Assembly (NCBI RefSeq): GCF_004010195.1
Contig: NC_057718.1
Span: 88,926,229-88,990,228, forward strand
DNA from: Chiloscyllium plagiosum
Taxonomy: Eukaryota
Direction of reading: 5' to 3'
DNA: 64,000 nt
Shown one piece after another: positions 50,016 to 60,899 of the stretch. Every line of letters begins with the position of its first letter. Within the stretch, counting starts at the first letter, position 1. A model generated the notes under the pieces. It was not told where the DNA came from, did not search any database, and was given only the letters and a program-made list of their open reading frames with translations. Made by a program: the position numbers and the translations under genes.

Positions 50016-51757
50016 CACCTGCCCAGCTCTGTATACAGACAACCCCCCCCCGACTGGTGACATATACAGCCAGCACCTGCCCGACTGGTGACTGTCTACC
50101 TGCCCAGCTCTGTATACAGCCAGCCCCCCTGACCAGTGACAGTCCACCTGCCCAGGTCTGTATACAGCCAGCCCCCCCGACTGGTGACTGTCTACCTGTT
50201 CAACTCTATATACAGCCAGCACCTGCCCGACTGGTGACTGTCTACCTGCCCAGCTCTGTATACAGCCAGCCCCCCTGACCAGTGACAGTCCACCTGCCCA
50301 GGTCTGTATACAGCCAGCCCCCCCGACTGGTGACTGTCTACCTGTTCAACTCTATATACAGCCAGCACCTGCCCGACTGGTGACTGTCTACCTGCCCAGC
50401 TCTGTATACAGCCAGCCCCCCTGACCAGTGACAGTCCACCTGCCCAGGTCTGTATACAGCCAGCCCCCCCGACTGGTGACTGTCTACCTGTTCAACTCTA
50501 TATACAGCCAGCACCTGCCCGACTGGTGACTGTCTACCTGCCCAGCTCTGTATACAGCCAGCCCCCCTGACCAGTGACAGTCCACCTGCCCAGGTCTGTA
50601 TACAGCCAGCCCCCCCGACTGGTGACTGTCTACCTGTTCAACTCTATATACAGCCAGCACCTGCCCGACTGGTGACTGTCTACCTGCCCAGCTCTGTATA
50701 CAGCCAGCCCCCCTGACCAGTGACAGTCCACCTGCCCAGGTCTGTATACAGCCAGCCCCCCCGACTGGTGACTGTCTACCTGTTCAACTCTATATACAGC
50801 CAGCACCTGCCCGACTGGTGACTGTCTACCTGCCCAGCTCTGTATACAGCCAGCCCCCCTGACCAGTGACAGTCCACCTGCCCAGGTCTGTATACAGCCA
50901 GCCCCCCCGACTGGTGACTGTCTACCTGTTCAACTCTATATACAGCCAGCACCTGCCCGACTGGTGACTGTCTACCTGCCCAGCTCTGTATACAGCCAGC
51001 CCCCCTGACCAGTGACAGTCCACCTGCCCAGGTCTGTATACAGCCAGCCCCCCCGACTGGTGACTGTCTACCTGTTCAACTCTATATACAGCCAGCACCT
51101 GCCCGACTGGTGACTGTCTACCTGCCCAGCTCTGTATACAGCCAGCCCCCCTGACCAGTGACAGTCCACCTGCCCAGGTCTGTATACAGCCAGCCCCCCC
51201 GACTGGTGACTGTCTACCTGTTCAACTCTATATACAGCCAGCACCTGCCCGACTGGTGACTGTCTACCTGCCCAGCTCTGTATACAGCCAGCCCCCCTGA
51301 CCAGTGACAGTCCACCTGCCCAGGTCTGTATACAGCCAGCCCCCCCGACTGGTGACTGTCTACCTGTTCAACTCTATATACAGCCAGCACCTGCCCGACT
51401 GGTGACTGTCTACCTGCCCAGCTCTGTATACAGCCAGCCCCCCTGACCAGTGACAGTCCACCTGCCCAGGTCTGTATACAGCCAGCCCCCCCGACTGGTG
51501 ACTGTCTACCTGTTCAACTCTATATACAGCCAGCACCTGCCCGACTGGTGACTGTCTACCTGCCCAGCTCTGTATACAGCCAGCCCCCCTGACCAGTGAC
51601 AGTCCACCTGCCCAGGTCTGTATACAGCCAGCCCCCCCGACTGGTGACTGTCTACCTGTTCAACTCTATATACAGCCAGCACCTGCCCGACTGGTGACTG
51701 CCCACCTGCCCAGCTCTGTATACAGCCAGCCCCTCTGACTGGTGACTGTCTACCTGC
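50016..51757. repeat. Higher-order tandem repeat: 146-bp unit (50+48+48-bp related monomers) x 11, plus degenerate edges
   Basis: Unit starts at 50067, 50651, 50797, 51381 and 51673 fit a 146-bp period; monomers share CAGCCAGC...GTGAC...ACCTG...TATA. Confidence 0.95.
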
Positions 51758-51960
51758 TGCTCCTGTCATTACCTACCCTTTATAAGAAGCGTTCTTTGTG
51801 CCATTGGATTAAGTGGCTGGGCGTGCGGGATTGAGTGATGTGTATTCCTTGTCCATCTCTCACCCACCACAGCTGGCGCAGGTTGGCGTTCTTGTGCAAC
51901 TGAAAGGAGAGAGGTGCCAGGTTGTGTTATGGAGTAGGCAGGGATAGTGGAGGTGTATGT

Positions 51961-52272
51961 CATAAAATCCCTCCATTGTGGAAACAGGCCATTTGGCCCA
52001 ACAAGTCCACACCGACCCTCTGAAGAGTAACCCACCCAGACTCATTCTCCTACATTTACCTCTGACTAATGCACCTAACACTACGGGCAATTTAGCCTGG
52101 CCAATTCACCTGACCTGCACATCTTTGGATTGTGGGAGGAAACTGGCACACCCAGAGGAAACCCACGCAGACACGGGGAGAACATGCCAACTCCACACAG
52201 ACAGTTGCCTGCGGCTGGAATCGAACCCGAGTCCTTGGCGCTGTGAGACAGCAGTGCTGACCACTGTACCGC
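51961..52272 (-). mobile_element. HE1-like SINE
   Basis: Shared body and head; abuts a family A arm at ~52285-52415. Confidence 0.8.
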
Positions 52273-53518
52273 TCCTTCATCTGGAATGCCTGATGAAGAA
52301 CTTTGCTTGAAACATCGACTCTCCTGCTCCTCGGATGCTGCCTGATCGGCTGTGCTTTTCCAACACCGCACATTTGGACTCTGATCTCCAGTATCTGCAG
52401 TCCTCACTTTCTTCCAGTTGTTTTTAAGACAAGCCTGTGTGATGGGCCAAAGGTGCTATGATACTCAATTAAAAAAACAGTACCCTGTATTGAAGAGTGA
52501 ATCCTATTAGATGTTTTAGCACAAAACTGACTGGCCCGGCAGCGCCAAAATCAAATACAAGCCTACATGAAACCTTGGTGGCAATGAAGTTGTTAAACTA
52601 GGTGTACAGTCATTGTTCTATTGCTGCCTGGGGCTGAGAGATAAACCTCTGTTTGTTACTTTGGTTTCGCTTCAGAGGCCAGAGACCTCAAGCCCGGTGT
52701 GAATGTGACAGGACTGGGCTCCTCCAGTACCCAGTCCTGTCCCTGATGCCTATGATCCAGGGACTGGCACCACATGAGGTAAGTATAAACACCAATGATT
52801 GCATTGGTGAGTTCAACTAATCCCCATCAACCTTCAGCCTGATTTGCGGCAGGAACCTGGAATTTGGGAATAATTGGCAGAGGTGCACCCTAATGCAGAA
52901 GTAGGGGGAGGAATTAATAAAGGTGCAAGGCAAGTAACCAACATGGCAAAACCAAATTTGACAGAGCTAAAATTATTGAACGTAACATTGAGCCCAGAAA
53001 GCTGTGGCTGAAGGGTGGGAAGCAGGCAGTGAGCTGTCTGATATAACTGTTGTGCATTTTCAGAGGTGTTTTTTTAATTGATCCATAGCGATAACCTTTG
53101 GTTGCCAACGCTGCCAACATATCATGGGCAGATTTGTCGCCATCAATTCCTCTTATTGCTGACGGTTGCTTTACTGTCACCAAGTGGGGAAGGATTCCCA
53201 GGAGACGGATTCCACAGAAGCAGTAAAGGTTTATTAAAACATTACCTAACAGCTCGCTACATTATATCTAAGATACACGATTGTCACTTCTGAGACATCA
53301 GGCTTAATTTTGAGTAAGTACTCTGGCTACATGCTGTTACCACAGGGAACAATCACAGAATCAGTTCTTAGGACACACTGCAGAGCTCTGGTTAGCACAT
53401 GGCAAATGCACTATGACTCTGGTTAACTCATTTCAGGAACAGTCTTTTATAAGTGTTTTCTAACCTGTGCCGAAATGTTAATGCACACCTCTGGAGCAGA
53501 TGGGACTTGAACCTAAGC

Positions 53519-53702
53519 AGTTGTTGAAAAATGTGATGCTGAAAAAACACAGCAGGCCAGGCAGCATCCGAGGAGCAGGAGAATCGACGTTTCGGGCATA
53601 AGCCCTTCTCCTGCTCTTCGGGTGCTGTCTGGCCTGCTGTGTTTTTCCAGCATCACATTTTTCAACTCTGGTCTCCAGCATCTGCAGTCCTCACTTTCTC
53701 CT
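53519..53702. mobile_element. Palindromic family A element
   Basis: 14-bp TSD ACTTGAACCTAAGC at 53505-53518 and 53703-53716. Confidence 0.85.
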
Positions 53703-53796
53703 ACTTGAACCTAAGCCTCCTGGTCCAGAAGTAGGGACATTGCTACTGCACCACAAGGTCTCTTCAGGGGCCTTGACATCCTGACAGACAAGAGAT

Positions 53797-54265
53797 TAGA
53801 GTCATAGAGATGTACAGCACAGAAACAGAACCTTTGGTCCAACTCATCTATGCTGGCCAGATATCATAACCCAATCTAGTCCCATTTGCCAAACCCTTCC
53901 TATTCATATACCCATCCAGATGGCCTTTAAATGCTGTAATTGTACCATCCTCCACTATTTCTTCTGGCAGCTCATTTCATACACATACCACCCTCTGCAT
54001 GAAAAAAATGCCCCTTAAATCCCTTTTAAATCTTTCTCCTCCCATCTTAAACCTCGTTCTGGACTCCCCCACCCCAGGTAAAAAGCCTTGACTATTTACC
54101 CTATCCACGCCCCTGATGATTTTATAAATCTCTATAAGGTCACCCCTCAGCCTCCAACGCTTCAGGGAAAACAGCCCCAGCCTGTTCAGCCTATAGCTCA
54201 AATCCTTCAACCCTGGCAACATCCTTGTAAAACTTCTCTGAAGTCTTTTAAATTTCACAACATCT
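53797..54265 (-). mobile_element. CR1 3' fragment
   Basis: RSFTRMLPGLKDLSYRLNRLGLFSLKRWRLRGDLIEIYKI. Confidence 0.85.
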
Positions 54266-55039
54266 ATCCTATTTGTTTGATTTCTGAAATAATGTACTAA
54301 TATTTGACATTATATCAGTTGCTGATATAATGGCAATAAAATCAAAAAATACTGGAACTACTCAGCAGGTCTGGCAGCACCCGTGGAGAGAGAAAGGGTT
54401 AAGGTTTCGAGTCGGCAAACTAGCAACTGGGAAAACTTAAACATCATCGATCTTGAACATGCGAAAGGGATGGATGAGAAGAACAAAATGAAGATCTGCA
54501 GTAAGGTGGTAAGATTTCACCTTCAAATGGTTGGTCAATGTTGAGTCCAGAAGAGAGAGAGAGAGTCCAATTGAAAGATGAGGAGCTGTTGAGTTTAATT
54601 GGAACAGTCAGCAGGCCAAGGATAGAGAGGTCAGAGAAGGAGCAGGGTAAGGAAGTGTAGTGACAGGTGACCTGTTGCTCAGGGTCAGACTTGCGGAGGG
54701 TGAATGTCATGTCCATGATGGGTCTTCCCAGTGGAGGAGGAGGCAACATGGTGAACAGTGAATATAATAAACAAGATTAAACTTGCAAGGAGCATTTAGG
54801 GTTTGGGCAGCGAGAAAGGAGGTAAACAGTCATGTCTATCAGCGCACGCAGAACTTTCTGTTTTTATTTCAGATTTCAAGCATCAACAGATTTTGATTCT
54901 GTATTAACAAGAGCAATGACTGACTGTTTCACATTATCAATGTAATGATATCAACATGATTCTGTGGTTTTTGAATTGATCTGATTTCAGATGTAATACT
55001 ATCAATGGGATTGATGACTGAGATATTAATACTAATAGT

Positions 55040-55331
55040 TAGAATCACTGAATCCCCACAGTGTGGAAACAGACCATTCGGCCCATCGAGTCCACACTGA
55101 CCACCCAAAGAGCAACCCATGCACACCCCCAGCCTATTACCCTACAACCCTACATTTCTGATGGCCAATCCTCCTAACTTACACATCCCTGGACATCTTG
55201 GGCAATTCAGCATGGCCAGTTCTAATGTGCACATCTTTGGTTTGTGTGCAGAAACCCACACAGACCCTGGGAGACCAAGGTCCCTGATGTGCTGAGGTAA
55301 CAGTTCTGATAACTGAGCCACCGTGCTGCCC
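55040..55331 (-). mobile_element. HE1-like SINE, internally deleted
   Basis: Tail and head are recognisable; the middle is missing. Confidence 0.7.
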
Positions 55332-55459
55332 ATTGACTGGTTGCATTAGATAGGTTCTATAATGATAGCAATGTCTAAATGATTGTGTACAATTTCTCAT
55401 GGGTTGTCAGCTGTGATTCAAGGCGTAACATTCTTCTGTTCAGTTCAGAAGTGTTTTGA

Positions 55460-56640
55460 TCAAGACTGACACTCCAGGGCAGTACAGAGGGAGTGCTGCA
55501 CTTCAAAGGTGTTAGCTTTTCATGAATAAGAAAACCCCATCTTCTATCGCAAATACAATTTCAAAGTAGAACAGGAAAGTTATTTATGGTCTCTCTATCC
55601 CTCAATGGACATCACCAATAATATTATCTGGTTATTATCACATTGCTGTTTGTGGGAGCTTGCTGTGTGCAAACTGGTGAATGAGTGATACCAATTCGTA
55701 TCTCTGTCTCATTGCCTATGTGATAATACTAATTGCCTCGAGGACTTGAGCACAAAAATCAAAAGGGACACTTTAGTGCAGGATTGAGGGAGTGCTGCAC
55801 TGCCATCGGTGACAGCTTTTGAAAGAGACATCAAAATGAGGTCTCATCTGCCTTCTCAAGTGGACATGGAAGATCCCACAGCTGTATTTTGAAGAAGTGC
55901 GGGGGAGGTCTTTCCAGAGGCCTGCCGAACATTTCTCTCTCAATTGTCATCACAAACCAGCCAATGAAGGAGCAGCGCTCTGAAAACTAGTGCTTCCAAT
56001 TAAACCTGTTGGACTATAACCTGATGTTATGAGATTTTTAAACTTTGTACACCCCAGTCCAACACTGGCATCTCCGAATCATAACAGATCATCTGGCCTT
56101 TATCACATTGTTGTCTTTGCGTGATGGTTGTGTGTAGACATTTGGCTGCTAGGTTTCCTATGTTACAATAGAAATGAAATTAAGAATTAATTTTTGGTAT
56201 GACCTGTGGTCATGAAAGGTGCTGTATAAATGCACGTTTTTGCTTTGAGGGAGAAACCAAGTCATCCATGCTTGAGTTGATAATATATTCACGACAAGGC
56301 TCCACATTCAAGGACTGACATTGCGATGCAGTAAGGAGGGAGTGCTACACTCTCAGAGGTACTTATGTTTGTACAAGGCATCAAACTGAAACCCCAACTG
56401 CTTTCCTAGGTTGTTGTAAAAGACCACATGGCACTGTTCGGAAGACAAGATGTGAGTCAAACCTTGAGGTTGTGGCTAGCATTTATCCTTCAATCACTGT
56501 TGAAGCACATAGGTGGTATAGCCCTAATCACATTGCTGTTTGTGTGCGTTTACTCAGGACTAATTGACTGCTGCACTTATATTACAACAACATCTGTGAG
56601 ATATCTCATGGTGGGGAAAAACGCTACATAAATGCATTTT
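55460..56640 (+). mobile_element. Three co-oriented decayed Deu-domain SINE (SacSINE1-like) copies, one containing a family B arm (~55960-56080)
   Basis: GACAC...GCAGTA...GAGGGAGTGCTRCACT at ~55468, ~55768 and ~56317 resembles the Deu core. Confidence 0.6.
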
Positions 56641-56907
56641 TTTTAACAAAACCATAAGAAAATGTTACATTGCTGATACAAGATAGCTACATCCAAAATG
56701 ATTATTTCCTAAAGCCGATGCAATCACACTCTGTGCTCATGGAGTGATACCAAGGAATACCTGATGTGGTCTGATTATTGATCCCAACATCTGAATGAAT
56801 CGGATTTCTGACCTAATGATTCCATTTGATTTATTGTTGTCACATGTACCTAGGTACAGGGAAAAGTTTTGTTTTGCATGCACTACAGGCAGACTATACA
56901 AAGTGCA

Positions 56908-57591
56908 GGTAAAAACAATGACTGCAGATGCTGGAAACCAGAGTTTAGATTAGAGTGGTGCTGGAAAAGCACAGCAGTTCAGACAGCATCCAAGGAGCAG
57001 TAAAATCGACGTTTCGGACAAAAGCCCTTCAGCAGGAATACAGGCAGAGAGCCTGAAGGGTGGAGAGATAAATGAGAGGAGGGTGGGGGTGAGGAGAAAG
57101 TAGCATAGAGTACAATAGGTGAGTGGGGGAGGGGATGAAGGTGATAGGTCAGGGAGGAGGGTGGAGTGGATAGGTGGAAAAGAAGATAGGCAGGTAGGAC
57201 AAGTCATGGGGACAGTGCTGAGCTGGAAGTTTGGAACTAGGGTGAGGTGGGGGAAGGGGAANNNNNNNNNNNNNNNNNNNNNNNNNNNNNNNNNNNNNNN
57301 NNNNNNNNNNNNNNNNNNNNNNNNNNNNNNNNNNNNNNNNNNNNNNNNNNNNNNNNNNNNNNNNNNNNNNNNNNNNNNNNNNNNNNNNNNNNNNNNNNNN
57401 NNNNNNNNNNNNNNNNNNNNNNNNNNNNNNNNNNNNNNNNNNNNNNNNNNNNNNNNNNNNNNNNNNNNNNNNNNNNNNNNNNNNNNNNNNNNNNNNNNNN
57501 NNNNNNNNNNNNNNNNNNNNNNNNNNNNNNNNNNNNNNNNNNNNNNNNNNNTGCTGCCTGAACTGCTGTGCTTTTCCAGCACCACTCTAAT
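56908..57591. mobile_element. Penelope-like terminal repeat + 3' UTR with an inverted arm, spanning a gap
   Basis: 14-bp TSD CTATACAAAGTGCA at 56894-56907 and 57592-57605. The sequence just before the gap (GGTGGGGGAAGGGGAA) matches the left end of the PLE at 36714. Confidence 0.85.
57262..57551. other. Assembly gap
   Basis: Run of N. Confidence 1.
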
Positions 57592-58225
57592 CTATACAAA
57601 GTGCATTAGGGTATTAGAACAGAGCGAGGAATACAATATTACAGCTGCAGAGACGGTGCACAGAGAGCGAGATCAACCTTAAATCGAAAAATTGAGGGGT
57701 CACTTCAGAAGTCTAAAACCAGCAGGGAAGAAGCTGTTCTTGAATCTATTCATACATGTGTGTTAACTTCTTTATCTTCTGCGCGACAGAAGATTGTGGA
57801 AGAGAGTGTAACTGGGGTGGAAGGGGGTCTTTGATTAGGTTGGTGAGATATCAAAAGTGGCAATGTTTAACAATGAATCTCCTTCTTGATTTAATAGTAC
57901 TGATGATTAATATGCCATGTTTTTTGCTGTCATGTGGTTGATGTGATGCCAAGGCTAGCCTGTTTTTGTTCAATGAACTTGTACCAATGTGACAGGTGAT
58001 TGCCAAAATCATTTTGTCAGGTGTCTTGCTTGCTTCCTAAAATGCAAAACACCCAACTTAGTGTTTTAAGCAAGGTCTGCCAATACTGTTACCTTAATTC
58101 AGTCATGGGATGTGGGCGTCACTGCTGGGCCAGCATTTATCATTTAGCTGCCTTTGTAAAGGTGGTGGTGAGCTGCCTTCTCAATCTAGTACCATGTGCT
58201 GTAGGTAGACTCACAATGCTTTTTT

Positions 58226-58537
58226 TAGATTAGACTCCCTACAGTGTGGAAACAGGCCCTTCAGCCCAACAAGTCCACACCGACCCACCGAAGAGTAACC
58301 CACCCAGACTCATTTCCCTCTGACTAATGTACCTAACACTATGGGCAATTTAGCATGGCCAGTTCACCTAACCTGCGTATCCTTGGACTGTGGGAGGAAA
58401 CCAGAGCACCCGGAGGAAACCCACGCAGATGCAGGGAGAATGTGCAAACTGCACACAGACAGTCGCCCGAGGCTGGAGTCGAACCTGGGGCCTTGGTGCT
58501 GTGAGACAGCAATGATAACCATTGAGCCACCGTGCTG
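58226..58537 (-). mobile_element. HE1-like SINE nested in a LINE fragment
   Basis: SINE body; the flanking LINE sequence (from 58100) resumes after 58538. Confidence 0.8.
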
Positions 58538-59084
58538 TTAAGGAAGGAGTTCCAGGATTTTGACCCAGTGATTCTGAAGGAGTGGTGATGTATTTCCAGG
58601 TCAGTACATTGAACGGCTTGGAGGGGAACTTGCCTGTTCCCAAGTATCTGTTGTGCTTGTCCTGTTAGATGGTAGTGGCCATGTGTTTGGAAGGCAGTTT
58701 GGAGGATGGCAATGTGGCAGTCTTCAAAATCAAGTACGCCGGCAATAGAAATCCTGCCCAGCAAGAACTGCCAGGCAATCAGGGACTGGCAACGCTCGCA
58801 ATCGGCAATGCCACCACCAAAAAGGTTGAGAACACCCAACATCATAAGGGCCAAGGACTCAGGTAAGTGCTTTTGGTGGGGGCTGTGAGGTTTCTGGGGC
58901 TAGCATGAGATGGGGTAAAGGGTCGCAGAAACCTGCTGTTTGGCCAGTCCACTGATTGTGCACAAATTAGTGCAGATTCAGGGGTGACCCCAAACCCAAC
59001 TGAAAGCCAGTCTACCCTAGTTTTGCCAGGCAGTTTGGTCAACTCTTGTCCATTTGCCTAAAGCTGGCATAATTACAGCCACGG

Positions 59085-59588
59085 CGAAAGTGGGTCCTGC
59101 AGATGCTGGAGATTTGAGTCAAGATTAGAGCTGTGCTGGAAAAGCACAGCAGGTCAGGCAGCATCCAAGGAGCAGGAAAATAGACGTTTTGGGCAAAGGC
59201 CCTACATCAGGAATGAGTCTGGACCTGCAGTGGAGAGTATCGTTGACCACGTCTGGGGAGAAATTGCAGTCTTTGAAGAAGGAGGCCATCTGGGTTGTTC
59301 AGTATTGGAACTGGTCCTCCTGGGAGCAGATGTGGCGGAGATGAAGGAATTGGGTATATGGGATGGCGTTTTTACAGGGGGCAGGGTGGGAGGAGGTGTA
59401 GTCTAGGTAGCAGTGGGAGTCCTACCTTTTATCTTAGCCTGCTTGGCACACCTTCCTCATTCCTGAAGAAGGGGCTCATGCCCGAAACGTCAATTCTCCT
59501 TCTCCTTGGATGCTGCCTGACCTGCTGCGCTTTTCCAGCAACACATTTTCAGCTCAGATCTCCAGCATCTGCAGACCTCACTTTCTCC
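59085..59588. mobile_element. Composite Penelope-like remnant: two inverted terminal arms around an RT fragment
   Basis: Minus translation of ~59420-59230 is DSHCYLDYTSSHPAPCKNAIPYTQFLHLRHICSQEDQF (PLE RT C-terminal region); the right arm has CTGAAGAAGGGGCTCATGCCCGAAACGTC. Confidence 0.8.
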
Positions 59589-60899
59589 TAGATGTACAAG
59601 AAAGTCAAGACTAGGCCTTCCCTCTCTGAACTTATTTCAGGTGAAAGTGAGAAGGCAGCAGGGTTCCAGGACAACTTCCCGCCTTTGGGTCTGTTGTGTC
59701 TGATCACCAGTGTAATGATCTTCTTGCTGCTGATGTAATAATACCAGTGATGTGTTGCGTCCGTTGCTGATGCAATGTACCACCATTTGGTGCTACCTAA
59801 ATGCAGCTGCAAAATGGCCGCTGATTGCTTGAAACTCAATTATGTCAGCATTTGACTGATTGTATCTGATTGTGATTAAATGGCATGAGAATTTGTTCTT
59901 TGTCCATGACTTCCGAAATAAACACCAATAAATGTTGATGCAAGAAATGCTTCCCTGCATCTGCATTCAAACTCTGATATAGTGTTTCCCAGTCTGGTTC
60001 CTTTTGATTGTTGGTGTGATGGCACCAATGCATGGCTAGCTGCAGTTGACACTAGCCTAAGTCTGCCTCTGCAGATCCGTGTCGATGCACTGAAATGAAT
60101 GCAAGACAAATTGTGACGACCTGCAGAATTGATTAATCCAATGCTTTATTTTCTATCTGATTTTGAAGCAGTTGTATCAAATAGCTATATCGTTGCATCA
60201 GCGTGCTTAATTAGCACAATGTTTGACTGCAGTAATACCATGGTGTGACATTGCATCTTATTGCTGATCTAACGAGAGCAATGCTTTATATTTCATCTGG
60301 TTATTGATGTATTGATAGCTATATCTAACCAATTGCTTCTGACATGAAATACTGCTGCATGATAATGTACACTTGTTTCTGTGATGCACAGACATAGTAC
60401 TTGGCCTGTCGTATCGGATTTGCTGATTTAGTTAGCGAACTCTTTCAATTATCGCTGATTTGATCATTCCATTATTTTACACTATCTGTTTTCTGATATA
60501 ATGATACCAGTTGCTGACATAACTCTAACAATGCATCACAAGAAGCAGAGAGCTAAGGTTCATTACTCAATCCAGGAAGTGACACTTCACTGGAGCAGGG
60601 CCACTATTGGTTCAGCATTTAGGCAAATGATTTGGACTCAGGAATCGAGAAAATGAAATGTGCAAATGACATCAAATTATTAGGGGTTGTGTGTCGACAG
60701 CGTGTTGTAATTGACACAGAGTGGCATCAATAACTTGCAATATGAGCATGTAGTTGAGGAAATAAAAGACGTTGAAGATTGAATCAAAGAATGTGGTTGA
60801 CATTGTATAAAGATGTAAGGGTCTGAAAGGTAAATCCTGAGAAATGCCTTAAGCATCTCTCACTATGAAGGTATCATATAGGCTTTGGATAGAGGAGCA

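Noticed and set aside
50016..51757. CRISPR-like array or repeat-protein ORF
   Set aside because: No unique spacers, stops recur in the frames, and the context is eukaryotic.
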